NCBI GenBank assembly: GCA_000090985.2 | Contig: CP001325.1 | Span: forward strand, 371,041-403,040 | DNA: 32,000 bases | From: Micromonas sp. | Taxonomy: Eukaryota | Reading direction: 5' to 3' | In this document: positions 1 through 9,625 of the stretch, in pieces | Layout: every line of letters begins with the position of its first letter | How positions within the stretch are numbered: the stretch's first letter is position 1 | The notes under the pieces: generated by a model | The model's database searches: none | Told to the model about the DNA's origin: nothing | Seen by the model: the letters and a program-made list of their open reading frames with translations, nothing else | Translations under genes and position numbers: made by a program

Positions 1-852
1 TTTGAACACGTGGAACGCCTCGAACTGTATGCTCCTCGCCTCGTCTCGCAGCAGGTTCATCATCAAACACAGGTTCTCGACGTCGCCGATGTATCTGAGC
101 ATCGAGGACAAGTTGGCGCGATCGAGCAACAGTTCCGACAGGAGCTTGAGCGACTGCCGCCTCGTGACGTAGTTTCCCTTCTCCAGCATCTGGTTGTACG
201 CGCCGAAGAAGTTCTCGAAGTTCTTCTCGAGGTATTCGCTGACCAACGCCTTGTGCCTGGTGAGAATCTCGCGAAACGAAGCCGCCGCGTCTGACGCAAT
301 CTCAAACGACGCCGACTGCATGTACTCGAACATCTTGGCGAATCCCGGGCAGTAGAGAACGCGCCGGCACAACGGTTCGTACCTCGCCATCTCCCGCAGC
401 ATCGTCCCGTAGGTCAGCGCGGTGTTGTCGTTCCCCACGGTCTGATCCCCGAGCTCGCTTCCGCTGAGGCATCGCTCCACGACATCCGGCTGCGCCTCGA
501 GGTACGCCACGAACGGGAGCCTCTCGTCGGGCTCGAGCGGGTGCCTGACGAGGGCGTTGAACACGGCGGCGGCATCCTTCCTGGATTCGAAGAAGAGCTT
601 CGGGAGGTGGATGACGACCGCCGCGAGGAGCCCCTCGGAGGCGAACACGGCCTCGGCGAGCTGCGATTGAAGCGCGGGATCCGGCGGATTCTCGCCGTCG
701 CCGTACATGACCGCCCTCATGTCTCCGAGGTACTTGCCGCACGATTCCTGATCTTTTTCAGCCCCCGAGTCCTTCAGGTGGTCGAGTGCATTCGCGAGTT
801 TGAGCGCGAGCTCCTTGGGCGTGCGTTTGTGCTTCTTGAACAAGCTCGTCAT
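1..852 (-). CDS. MO25: MO25 / calcium-binding protein 39 (CAB39) family scaffold protein. The N-terminal ~284 codons are present; the 3' end runs off the left edge of the window.
   Basis: Hand translation of the minus strand from the ATG at 852..850 gives MTSLFKKHKRTPKELALKL...YVTRRQSLKLLSELLLDRANLSSMLRYIGDVENLCLMMNLLRDEARSIQFEAFHVFK with no stop down to nt 1. This matches the conserved MO25 core (YVTKRQSLKLLGELLLDR..., MMNLLRD.SRNIQFEAFHVFK). GC3-rich codon use. Absent from the ORF track only because no stop lies inside the window. Confidence 0.9.
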   Translation of the reverse strand, partial: MTSLFKKHKRTPKELALKLANALDHLKDSGAEKDQESCGKYLGDMRAVMYGDGENPPDPALQSQLAEAVFASEGLLAAVVIHLPKLFFESRKDAAAVFNALVRHPLEPDERLPFVAYLEAQPDVVERCLSGSELGDQTVGNDNTALTYGTMLREMARYEPLCRRVLYCPGFAKMFEYMQSASFEIASDAAASFREILTRHKALVSEYLEKNFENFFGAYNQMLEKGNYVTRRQSLKLLSELLLDRANLSSMLRYIGDVENLCLMMNLLRDEARSIQFEAFHVFK

Positions 853-1231
853 CGCTGCTCCCTGTCGTCACCCGTCACCCCGTGTTCACTCCTTCCCTTT
901 CTCTGTTTCCTCAGATCGCCTCGCAATCGACGGGGTGACACCGGCGGTTGGCTCGGGTCCACCTCTGCGGTTCGGCGGCGTAGACGACGCGACGAGCCCC
1001 GATGGGACGGTCTCGGCGCGTGTGCGAGTCTCCGAGTGCCCCTGGCGATTGATGAGGCGTCGGTTCTGGCCGGGGCGCTCTTTCTCCCTTCCGAGAAAAA
1101 CGTGTTTGAAACTTGCGAGCTCCACTGCCGAGTCAACATCAAACGGCACCCGCACGTTTCCGGATCAGCGGACGTGCGCGCCGGGACGGGCATAGGAGGG
1201 GAGGGCACGGCGCGGTCTACCCGTTTCCAAC
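853..1231. promoter_or_regulatory. Divergent (head-to-head) promoter / 5'UTR region shared by MO25 and LRRC6-like genes
   Basis: 379 bp between two outward-facing ATGs (852 minus, 1232 plus). No convincing coding frame. No specific motif recognised. Confidence 0.4.
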
Positions 1232-2599
1232 ATGGCACCCATCACCCTCGACATGATCCGCCGCAGGGCGGAGCACAACGAGGGCATGGTGGGCAACCTC
1301 GAGGAGATCGCGCTGCACCAGCAGGAGATCGAGAAGATCGAGGCGCTAGGCCAGATCTGCCGCCACCTCAAGATCCTCTACATGCAGAACAACCTCATCT
1401 CCAAGCTCCAGAACCTGCACAGGCTCAAGGAGCTCGAGTACCTCAACATGGCTCTCAACAACGTGACGAAGATCGAGAACCTGCAGCGATGCGAGAGCCT
1501 GCAGAAGCTGGACCTCACGATGAACTTCATCACGAAGGCGTCGCTGCTCACCGTGCACACGCTGGACGCGTGCCCAAAACTGGACGACCTGTACCTCATG
1601 GGCAACCCGTGCGCGGACTTTGGCGGGTACCGCGCCTTCGTCATCGGCACCTTACCCCAACTCAGGCGCCTGGACGGTAAGGACGTCACGCCCTCCGAGC
1701 GCATCCTGAGCAAACAGGAGCTGCCGCGGGTCACGGAGCGACTGATGAAGGAGCTCGCCGCCGACGGGGTGAACATCGAGGAGGCGTCCAGGGTATCCGA
1801 CGCCAGGGACCTGGGACCGGACGAGGACGACATCGCGGAGGTGCTCGCCATGCCCGAGGACGAGAGGCCGTGGACGGCGGCGACGCGCGTCGCCGAGCAG
1901 AGGGAGTTCGCTAAACAGCGAGACGCCAACGAGGAGAGTAAACGGGAGCACAACAAGCGCCTGTTCAACCCCGACGGCACGAAGAAACACGCGCGCAGGG
2001 AGGGCTTCCCCGATCTGCCGGACGACCTGGACGACGTGAAGCAGTGCAACGAGCCGGGGCTGACGTTCAGGTTGGACGACGGCGACGACGGGAACGACGT
2101 GGTGTTGGACTGCCACGTGGGCAAGTACATGGACACGAGTCTCATCGACGTGGACGTTCAGACCCGGCTCGTTCGCGTGCTCGTCAAGGGGAAGATGCTG
2201 TGTCTGGTGCTGCCGGAGGAGGTGAAGCCGGACGCGAGCACCGCGCAGCGCTCGAAGGTGACCGGCGCGCTCGTGGTGACGATGCCGAAGGCTTTCCGAA
2301 AGCCCAAGAGGGGCGAGGAGAAAAAAGACGAGTACGTGGTCGACGGCGGCGGGGGCGTCGAGGGTTCGAAAGGCCAGGTCGGCGGCTCGAACCCGGGGAA
2401 GGGCATCGACGCGAAGAATAAGAAGAGTCTGATCAAGGAGCTGGGCGGGGTGAGCATACGCGGCATCGTGCGGGACGCGCACGTCGCGGACATCGGCGGG
2501 TTCACCATCGCGGAGTCTGTCAAAACCGCGGCGCCGGCGACGCCGGCTGTCGTTACGGCTGTGCTCGACTCCGACGACGACGAGCCCCCGCCGCTCTGA
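1232..2599 (+). CDS. LRRC6: LRRC6 / TilB / Seahorse homolog (axonemal dynein assembly factor DNAAF11): N-terminal LRR plus C-terminal CS domain
   Basis: True ATG start. The N-terminus MIRRRAEHNEG..LEEIALHQQEIEKIE...LKILYMQNNLISKLQNL..LKELEYLNMALNNVTKIENL...LDLTMNFI...LYLMGNPCADF.GYR.FVI.TLPQLRRLDGKDVTPSERI aligns almost residue for residue with animal LRRC6. The CS-domain block VLDCHVGKYMDTSLIDVDVQ...VKGK...LVLPEEVKPD.S.AQRS..TG.LV..MPK and the terminal EPPPL are also LRRC6-like. Confidence 0.9.
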   Translation: MAPITLDMIRRRAEHNEGMVGNLEEIALHQQEIEKIEALGQICRHLKILYMQNNLISKLQNLHRLKELEYLNMALNNVTKIENLQRCESLQKLDLTMNFITKASLLTVHTLDACPKLDDLYLMGNPCADFGGYRAFVIGTLPQLRRLDGKDVTPSERILSKQELPRVTERLMKELAADGVNIEEASRVSDARDLGPDEDDIAEVLAMPEDERPWTAATRVAEQREFAKQRDANEESKREHNKRLFNPDGTKKHARREGFPDLPDDLDDVKQCNEPGLTFRLDDGDDGNDVVLDCHVGKYMDTSLIDVDVQTRLVRVLVKGKMLCLVLPEEVKPDASTAQRSKVTGALVVTMPKAFRKPKRGEEKKDEYVVDGGGGVEGSKGQVGGSNPGKGIDAKNKKSLIKELGGVSIRGIVRDAHVADIGGFTIAESVKTAAPATPAVVTAVLDSDDDEPPPL

Positions 2600-2712
2600 C
2601 GGCGTATGTGTATAGTCCCTAGCTAGAAGGCGAATGGCGCGTGTGAATCGAGCGCGTGCGTGTTAGATGTTACAGACAACGAGGGTGCGCCTCCCCGAGC
2701 GAGAACGCCGAA

Positions 2713-3066
2713 TCACTTCTTCTTCGGTGGCTTGGCGCTCACAGCTTTCCCGGTGACCTTCTCGAAGACGGCGCCTCCGACGAGGAAGATGGTCAGGAGC
2801 AGCGCTGGGCCGAGGACGAACCCACCGGGCGCGAAGTACCACCCGAACCACGCGTCGCTCCTCGCCAGCTCCACGAGCTCGGGCGTCGCCGCGAGGACGG
2901 GGGAGGACGCCAAGATGCCCGCGGATCCTACGGCGTTTCTCGCGACGACGCTTCGAGCACGCGGCGGCTGCGCGCACGCGGACGCGACGCGGCGGTGCGC
3001 GACGGGCTTGGCGATGTGCGCGCCGACGCGGACGCGCGTTTGGACGATGGACGCTGCGCAAGACAT
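2713..3066 (-). CDS. Small (117 aa) protein with a basic Ser/Ala/Arg-rich organellar presequence, one hydrophobic helix (WFGWYFAPGGFVLGPALLLTIFLVGGAVF) and a Lys-rich tail. Function unknown.
   Basis: ATG at 3066..3064. Strongly GC3-biased codons in this frame. The overlapping plus-strand ORFs (2656..3192, 2660..3100) look like shadows. A TGTAA (green-algal poly(A)-signal-like pentamer) lies on the minus strand at 2674..2670, about 39 nt after the stop. I do not recognise the family. Confidence 0.6.
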   Translation of the reverse strand: MSCAASIVQTRVRVGAHIAKPVAHRRVASACAQPPRARSVVARNAVGSAGILASSPVLAATPELVELARSDAWFGWYFAPGGFVLGPALLLTIFLVGGAVFEKVTGKAVSAKPPKKK

Positions 3067-3249
3067 GGACTACGCCACAGCTGTCGGCGCCTCCGAGTGA
3101 CGCTCCACCACAAATACAAGTATCCGTGTCATGCTTTCGTCGCTCAAGATCGAAACCGTCCAGTCCACCACGTGCGCTCCTCGAGGCACTGACCCCGCGG
3201 GTCCGAAAGCGCCCGCACGGCCCTCGAAGCCGCGCTCACGACAGTCGAC

Positions 3250-5157
3250 ATGGTCGTCGCGACGCATCGCGCGCTCGTCGCTCGCCTCGCGCCGCGCCTG
3301 GCCCGCGCGCGTCTCGCGCCCGCGACCGGCGCGCGATTGCCCGCGACGAGAGAGCCGATTTCCGAGGGTTTCGTCGCGTCGCGAGGGGGCGCGTCGTGCC
3401 GTACCGCCGGCGCCGCGCGGACCCTCGCGTGGACCACCGCGCCGAGTTCCGCGTCATCCACACGGGGGCCCGCGCTCTTCCGCGCGCGCGCGTCGCACCG
3501 CGCGCGGCATCCTCGGCCGCGCGGCGTCCTCGCGACGCCGCTCCGCGCGTCCGCCGATGGACCCGCCGCCGCACCCGCGCATCCTCCCTCCGCGCGCGAG
3601 ATATCGTCCTCCGCCGTCGTGTGCTACGGCAAGCCCGCGCCGGGCGTCAACGTCACGCACCAGCTCATCACCTTCTTCAGGTTCACCGAGCTGAAGGACC
3701 CGAACGCGGAGGTGGAGGCGCACCACGCGTACATCGCGGAGAACAAACTCGAAGTCCGCGGACGAATCTACGTCAACGAGCAGGGCATCAACGCGCAGAT
3801 GAGCGGTAAGGGAACCGACGGCGAGACCTACGCGCGCTGGGTCGAATCCCGCCCGGGTTTCACCGGCATGCGCATCAGCGTCTACCCCACCGACGCCCAC
3901 GGCCACCCGAAGCTGTCGCTGCGCTACAAGCCGCAGCTGGTGCAACTGGAAGGGGGCACCGCGCACCTCCCGCTGCACGACCCGAACGCGAGGGCGAAGC
4001 CGCTGAAGCCGACGGAGTGGCACGAGATGCTCGGCAAGGTGATCGAGCGGCAAGTGGACGCGCCGGTGCTCCTGGACGTTCGCAACGGGTACGAATGGGA
4101 CGTCGGTCACTTTAAAGGCGCGCAGCGTCCGGTGCAGGAGTCCTTTCGCGAGACTGTGGAGACAAACGTGGACGACGTCGTCGGCCCTCTCTCGGGAGTG
4201 GACAAGGATAAGCCCATCATGATGTACTGCACGGGGGGGATCCGGTGCGACGTGTACAGCACGGTGCTGAAACAGCAGGGGTACTCCAACGTGTTCACGC
4301 TCGAGGGCGGAGTCCAGGCGTACTTTGAGGAATTCGGAGAGCGGGAGGATCAGCGGTGGGACGACCACCTGTTCGTCTTCGACAGCCGGCTGGCGATGAC
4401 CCCGGGGGGTTTACCCGCCTCCGAAGCCGGCGCCGAGGCCGCGACGCTGGAGTGCTACTGCTGCAAGGAGGGAAAAGCGCCGCCGCCGCACAGGAACTGC
4501 CCGAACGTCGACTGCAACAGGCTGTTTCTGGTGTGTCCGGCGTGCACGTCGAAATACGGCGGTTTTTGCTGCCCCGAGTGCGGCAAGGCTTCGCACGTCC
4601 GCCCGGCGCTCTTACAGCCGGGGCGGTACCAGCGGTACGTTCACTACACGGAGGGTGAGGCGATGTCGCGCGCCTCGCGGCGCGGGCCCGGGCGGCAGCA
4701 GAGACGCGAGCGCAGGCGCATGCGCAAGCGTCTGGAGGCTGCGAAGAGAACCGCCGAGGCGGTGGCGAGGGGCGAGACCCCGCGGGACTTGATCCGCGCG
4801 GTGCGGGTCCTGGAGAAGGCTGCGGAGAACCCGGGCGAGTTCGGCGGCCCCGCGAGCGGCGGCGGCGTCGTCGGCGAGGGCACCGGGACGCTCGCGGCGA
4901 GGACGCGCACGATAATCAAAGCCGCCGGTCTCGACGAGGAGAGCGTCGGCGGGTACGACTCCGGCGCGGGATCGTTCATCGAGGAGGGCGGCGGCGACGA
5001 CCGGTACGTCATCGCCCGCGCGAGGCTGAGGGAGGCGGCGGAGGCGATCGCGGCGGGGCGGGTTCCGGGCGTGGACCTGCGGGATCTCATAGGGGAGACG
5101 GCCGCGCCGGCGGAGGAGGCCGGGGACGAGGCCGAGGCCGAGGCTAACCAACCGTGA
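3250..5157 (+). CDS. Rhodanese-domain protein of the UPF0176 / YceA / TrhO family (tRNA U34 hydroxylase-like), with a long Arg/Ala-rich presequence, a Cys-rich C-terminal zinc-ribbon and a basic/acidic tail
   Basis: ATG at 3250. Core sequence ITFFRFTEL.D........H........L.VRGRIYVNEQGINAQMSG...PKLSLRYKPQLV...LKPTEWHEML...APVLLDVRNGYEWDVGHFKGA...PIMMYCTGGIRCD..S..LK.QGY.NVF.LEGGVQAY...W..HLFVFD.R, followed by CYCC...CPNVDCN.LFLVCP.C....GGFCCPEC. These are the hallmarks of the YceA/TrhO rhodanese family. Confidence 0.85.
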   Translation: MVVATHRALVARLAPRLARARLAPATGARLPATREPISEGFVASRGGASCRTAGAARTLAWTTAPSSASSTRGPALFRARASHRARHPRPRGVLATPLRASADGPAAAPAHPPSAREISSSAVVCYGKPAPGVNVTHQLITFFRFTELKDPNAEVEAHHAYIAENKLEVRGRIYVNEQGINAQMSGKGTDGETYARWVESRPGFTGMRISVYPTDAHGHPKLSLRYKPQLVQLEGGTAHLPLHDPNARAKPLKPTEWHEMLGKVIERQVDAPVLLDVRNGYEWDVGHFKGAQRPVQESFRETVETNVDDVVGPLSGVDKDKPIMMYCTGGIRCDVYSTVLKQQGYSNVFTLEGGVQAYFEEFGEREDQRWDDHLFVFDSRLAMTPGGLPASEAGAEAATLECYCCKEGKAPPPHRNCPNVDCNRLFLVCPACTSKYGGFCCPECGKASHVRPALLQPGRYQRYVHYTEGEAMSRASRRGPGRQQRRERRRMRKRLEAAKRTAEAVARGETPRDLIRAVRVLEKAAENPGEFGGPASGGGVVGEGTGTLAARTRTIIKAAGLDEESVGGYDSGAGSFIEEGGGDDRYVIARARLREAAEAIAAGRVPGVDLRDLIGETAAPAEEAGDEAEAEANQP

Positions 5158-5373
5158 GGGGACGAAATCTTCGAGACGTTGAGATAATATTCATTTGTCA
5201 TTACACTCGTGCGAGGTCCGGCGGTTGATATGCGTGTTGCGCGGCCGGTCGCGTCTTGATAATGCGCGGTACATGTTGCGTGTGCGCTGTCGGCGCGGCG
5301 GTCCCCCCGCCGCGCTCTGAAAGAATCGAGGATATTAAGGATCGCCTCGAGGACGAACGGGCTGCGAAAAAAC

Positions 5374-6158
5374 TCAATTCGCGGCGGGCGAGCTCGCCTC
5401 GGCGGCGACGACGCTCAGGGCGTCGCGCCCGTCCATGGATCTCAGCGCGACCGCGGCGTCGCCGCCCTTGGCGAACTTCACGGTCGCCTCGCCGCCTCCC
5501 TCCTCGAGAACCACCTCCAACACCGCCCCGTGCGGGGCGAAATTTTTGTAAACCCAGAGCTCGTCGGCGCCCGCGGGTAGCCCCGAGACGACGAGGGCGC
5601 GAGGTCCGTCCGCGACCGACGGACCCGATCGATCGACCCCCGGGCCGGCCGGCCGGCCGCCGAAGGGCACGAACGCCGCGACGTCGTCCTCGGCATCCTC
5701 GAGAGAGTCCAGGAGGTGCGCGGCTTCCGCCGCGGAGATCCCCGGAGTCTCGGCGCGGTCGAGCGGGTCCAACGAGGACCTGCCCGGTCCGCCGCCGACA
5801 CCCCCCCCCGCCGCCGCCGCCGCCGCGGATCCGCCGCCGCCCGCCGCACCCATCGCGGACCACAGGCCGCCCTTGTCGTACGACCCCACGGGCGACACCA
5901 CGTTTGGCAGCGACGACGCCGACGCCGACGCGAAGGATCCCGGACCGAACGCGTTGCCCCCGCGGACGCTGCTCCCGCGGCTGGACTTGTCGAGCGCGTT
6001 GGACGCGGGGGTTGGGGCGCCGGTGCCGAAGGTTATGCCCTGGGTGCTCGGCCCCGTGGCGCGCGAGGGGGAACCCGCGATGTCCATGCCCCCGGCGAAC
6101 ATGGCGGAGAGGCCGCCGACGCCGTTGACCCCGCCGTTGACCCCGCCGCCGCGAGGGA

Positions 6159-6218
<60 letters not shown>

Positions 6219-7377
6219 GCGCGTTGAGCGCGCCGCCAAACCCCGACGCGTTCCCGCCGTTGACGCCCCCGCCCAGGCCGCTGTTGGAGATGTACGGGCT
6301 GTGGCTCCCGCGCCTGAAGCTGTCGTCGCCGTAGGAGCTGGCACTGTCCACGCTGCCCACGTGAAACGACCCGTTTCGGAACGAGCCATCCGCCGTCGCC
6401 GCCATCTGCTGCTGCTGCTGCTGGAGCAGCGCCGCCGCCGTGACGGCGTTCTGCCGCGCGAGCAGCATGGACGCGATGTCCAGGGATCCGTGCGCGGATC
6501 CCCCCGCCGCGGCGGCGTTGTTCGCGATGAGGCTGATCAGCGCGGTGCCCGGCGACACCACGCCCGGGTGATGCTGCGAGCCGCCCCGAAAGCTGGAATC
6601 CCTCGACCCGCCGCCGTTGGCGCCGGGTATGTCCACCAAGCCGTTGCCGATGGACCCGCCCAGGCCGTTCATCCCGTGCCCGCTTCCACCCCCGACCCCG
6701 GACGGACCGCCCCCGGGCAGCGCCGCGAGGTTCCGCTCGGACTTGGACGATCGTCGCGTCTTTGAGTGCGAGTCGGCGAACCGAATCACCAGCGGAACCT
6801 GCCCACCCGCGGGGACTCTGCCGTTGGCGGTGACCACCGCGCTGGCGGCCTGCTCCATGGACGAGAAGCGGATCAACGCGCCGGCGGTGGTGGTTCCCGA
6901 CGCGTGCAGCAGGCGGCACTCGATGATCGTCCCGAAGATCTTGAAGAACGCGCGGAGTTCCACCTCGGTCCACAGCGGGGGCAAACCTTTGACGTAGATG
7001 TTGTCGGATATCGTGCCCACGCCCGACGCGGCGGTGGTGGCGCTGCTGTCGGAGTTGGCGAACTTGACCTCCAGGACCTTGCCGCGGATGACCTTGCCGT
7101 TCATCTCCTTGATCGCCGCCTCGGCCTGGTGCACCTGCATGAACTTGACGAAGCCGAACCCCCTGGAGGAGTTGGTGCTGACGTCGCGGATCACGCAGCA
7201 CGATTCCACCGCGCCGAACTTGTCGAAGACACCCTTGAGCGTGAGCTCGTCGACGTCCTCGGAGAGGTTCTTGACGTAGACGTTGGAGTGCTGCGATCCG
7301 TTGGACACGCCGTGCGCGGGGGAACCCGGCCCGGAGGAGAGGTTATCCATGCTGCCGTTGCGCGAGCTGCCCCTCAT
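5374..7377 (-). CDS. RNA-binding protein with three RRM domains separated by Gly/Ser/Ala/Gln low-complexity regions, including a polyQ tract
   Basis: ATG at 7377..7375. RNP motifs are present: NVYVKNL...RGFGFVKF; NIYVKGLP...GALIRF; and a C-terminal RRM ALVVSGLP...GEATVKFA. The 666-aa ORF at 5201..7201 on the same strand is an out-of-frame Arg/Gly-rich shadow. Confidence 0.85.
6160..6216 (-). repeat. Uninterrupted (CAG)19 microsatellite (CTG on the plus strand) encoding polyQ in the RRM protein. A second (CAG)6 lies at 6406..6423.
   Basis: Counted directly: 57 nt of perfect ctg units. It is in frame with the CDS (7377-6216 is divisible by 3). Confidence 0.95.
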
Positions 7378-8127
7378 TTTCCACCGCCCCCCGCCCGACT
7401 CTCACCGCGACGCCCGGGCGGTCGGAAATGCCCGCCTCCTCCACGCGGGTGCGCCGGGTTTCGCGAGCGCCGTCCCGCACGGGTTCGGACGCGCGATTCC
7501 CCGTCGCGGCTCACACGCGTGCCGACCGCAGTCGCCGAAGCCGCGCCGGCGGATGCGCTCCCGCGACCGGAGAGACGCCCCGAGCGTGCCCCAACGATTC
7601 GCCCGGGCCTTTCCCGCGGGAAAATAAATAAAATGTGTGTGGGCGCGAGGCGACGATCGGAAGATCACCCGCGCGACCGACCCGCCGGCGGGCTCTCACC
7701 CGAGGCGCTCCGAGGGAACCGCGCTGACACTCGCTGGCGCGTGGACGCGAGAGGTGGCGTCCTCGCCTCCGGCCTCGGCGCGGTCGGGCTGTGACCTCCG
7801 CCTAGCGACCGAGCGACCCGCTCGGTTGAACAACAGGGGATAGAAAAGTCGTCTGGATCGACGAAGGGTCAAACTGGGCCACTTGCTCCTTCTTTGCTCG
7901 CTTCTCGTGGCTCTGATCATCACCAAAGTTCCCGGGCCTATTTGCCGCGAATTACGCGTGACCGTTTACCCATATGAAATACCATTTTTCGTGTAATGCA
8001 TAATACGTCGCAGAGCGAGTTTCTGACTATAACTCGTATGGAGCAAAATGGATGATTATATTTCCACCTTTCCCGGAATTTCGTATGATTGGCTAGTTAC
8101 GGTGCGAGCATCGTTTACGCTAAATAA

Positions 8128-8199
8128 GGCGGTGTGGTCTAGTGGTATGATTCCTGCTTTGGGTGCAGGAGGTCCCGAGTTCGATCCTCGGCTCCGCCC
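8128..8199 (+). tRNA. tRNA-Pro (anticodon UGG), 72 nt, no intron
   Basis: GGCGGTG TG GTCTAGTGGTATGAT T CCTGC TTTGGGT GCAGG AGGTC CCGAG TTCGATC CTCGG CTCCGCC C. It folds as a cloverleaf with A-box (TGGTCTAGTGG) and B-box (GGTCCCGAGTTCGATCC) sequences. The anticodon loop is TT-TGG-GT. It is near-identical in layout to canonical eukaryotic tRNA-Pro. One U6:U67 mismatch occurs in the acceptor stem. Confidence 0.9.
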
Positions 8200-8204
8200 T
8201 TTTT
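8200..8204 (+). terminator. Pol III terminator (T5) immediately after tRNA-Pro(UGG)
   Basis: ttttt directly follows the discriminator base. Confidence 0.7.
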
Positions 8205-8293
8205 GCCTGTGCCGTTTCTATTTACTCTGCCTTTTGGCCTTCGCCCCTACCGCCGGCACACATTGCGGCAGTGGAGGCGGTGGAGGTCGTGAC

Positions 8294-9508
8294 ATGAGAA
8301 CCGCGTGCGCCGTCGCCCCTACCGCGCGCCATACGTACGTCCATCGCCCGCGTCGCGTGCGAGCGGCGGCTGCCACGTCCGCCGACTGGAACGGTAGAAG
8401 GTGGGCGACGACAGCCTCCTCCGTCGTGGATATGCTGGAGATGTCGGACGCACCGGACGAGGCGATGCGCGCGTTGGTACCGAGCGCGTGGCGCGAAGAC
8501 GACGTCGCGACCGGCCACGATCGACACCCCGGCAAACCGACGACGAGACCGGGATCCGCGATCCTCGATCCGGGACTCATCGACGACGCGGAGAGGCCAG
8601 CCTTCAGGATGGCGTCGCGCAGTCGGCTGACCCCGACGGACGCCCGACGCTTCCCCGGCGACGACGCCTTCTCCACGATCGCCCGGGCCGTGTGCGACGC
8701 GGACGCGCTGCCCCGCAAGGAACTCTTCGAGACCTGGCACGCGGCGATCGCCATCACCGACGCGCTCGGACCGACGTCGCTCGACGCGGACGCGATGACG
8801 ACGAAGACGACGACGACATCGACTGGGCCAGCCGCCACCAAGCGCCGCCGCCATCGCCGCGTCATGGACCTCGCCGGCGGCCACGGCTTCCTCGCCATGT
8901 GCCTGCTCATCTTAAACCCGCGCCTCACCTCCGCGGTCGTCGTGGACAGGCGCAAGCCCGACAGTCACGAGCGACTCGTCTCGTCGCTCGCGAAGGCGTT
9001 CCCGGCGTCGAGGGTACACGCCAGGACGCGGTACATCGAGGCGTCCATCGCGGACGCCACGCCGACGCGACAAACGACGCTGGTGTCGGTCCACGCGTGC
9101 GGGGATTTGAGCGATCTCGTGCTGAAGCTCGCGGCGCAGGCGAAGTCGCCCGTCGCGGTGGTTCCGTGCTGCCACCGGGGATTGGCTCCGGCTCGAGCGT
9201 TCGCGGCGCGATTAAACGAAGCCTACGGCGTTGAGGGTACGGGCGGTTCGAAGCCGGGGGTGCCGATTTGCCCGAGCGCCGCGATGGACGTGGCGCGTCT
9301 GGAGTTGCTTCGCAGGGCGGGGTTTCGCGTGCACGCGCGGACGATACCGCGGGAGATCACGCCGAAGAACCGGGTCATCGTCGGCTCGGCGGCGGCGGCG
9401 GCGTATGACAAAGACGAAGATGACGAGGACGACGCGTCTCCCGGTTGGCGCTCCGTCGCGGACACGATACCGGCGAGTCCGTGGAAGTGGCACGTCGTCG
9501 GGACGTAG
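8294..9508 (+). CDS. SAM-dependent methyltransferase-like protein (Methyltransf_32 / METTL25-like layout) with an organellar-looking N-terminus. Substrate unknown.
   Basis: First ATG downstream of the tRNA, in the frame of track ORF 8048..9508; the track start overlaps the tRNA and is rejected. Motif I-like VMDLAGGHGFLA is followed by LVSVHACGDLSD....A......AVVPCCH, the pattern typical of this methyltransferase family. GC3-rich. Confidence 0.7.
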   Translation: MRTACAVAPTARHTYVHRPRRVRAAAATSADWNGRRWATTASSVVDMLEMSDAPDEAMRALVPSAWREDDVATGHDRHPGKPTTRPGSAILDPGLIDDAERPAFRMASRSRLTPTDARRFPGDDAFSTIARAVCDADALPRKELFETWHAAIAITDALGPTSLDADAMTTKTTTTSTGPAATKRRRHRRVMDLAGGHGFLAMCLLILNPRLTSAVVVDRRKPDSHERLVSSLAKAFPASRVHARTRYIEASIADATPTRQTTLVSVHACGDLSDLVLKLAAQAKSPVAVVPCCHRGLAPARAFAARLNEAYGVEGTGGSKPGVPICPSAAMDVARLELLRRAGFRVHARTIPREITPKNRVIVGSAAAAAYDKDEDDEDDASPGWRSVADTIPASPWKWHVVGT

Positions 9509-9625
9509 CGATGCGTTGATCCTAGCTAACACTTGACATCAGTAGCGTAGTTTCCTCGACGTCTGCGCGTCCGATTCGACGCGTCGCGACCTCCTTCTAT
9601 TCTCGCCGACAACTACGTCGGCGGC

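Noticed and set aside
541-1680. 379-aa plus-strand ORF bridging the MO25 gene, the promoter and the LRRC6 5' end
   Set aside because: It starts antisense to MO25 and runs out of frame into LRRC6. Both neighbours have unambiguous homology in other frames.
5201-7201. 666-aa minus-strand ORF rich in Arg/Gly/Pro
   Set aside because: It is on the same strand as the RRM gene but out of frame with it, and contains no domain. The RRM frame has clear RNP1/RNP2 motifs. Plus-strand ORFs 5256..6128, 5716..6765 and 6766..7794 are likewise shadows.
7378-8127. 750-bp spacer checked for a hidden ncRNA, box C/D snoRNA or extra exon
   Set aside because: I found only partial C/D-like strings (gatgatt, ctga), with no terminal stem or proper TGATGA box. 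The ORFs there are Arg/Pro junk. An A/T-rich run at about 7621..7636 could be a TATA-like element for the RRM gene, but I cannot support it.
8048-8293. N-terminal 82 codons of track ORF 8048..9508
   Set aside because: This segment reads straight through the tRNA-Pro(UGG) gene and its T5 terminator and is AT-rich, non-coding-like sequence. I moved the start to the ATG at 8294.
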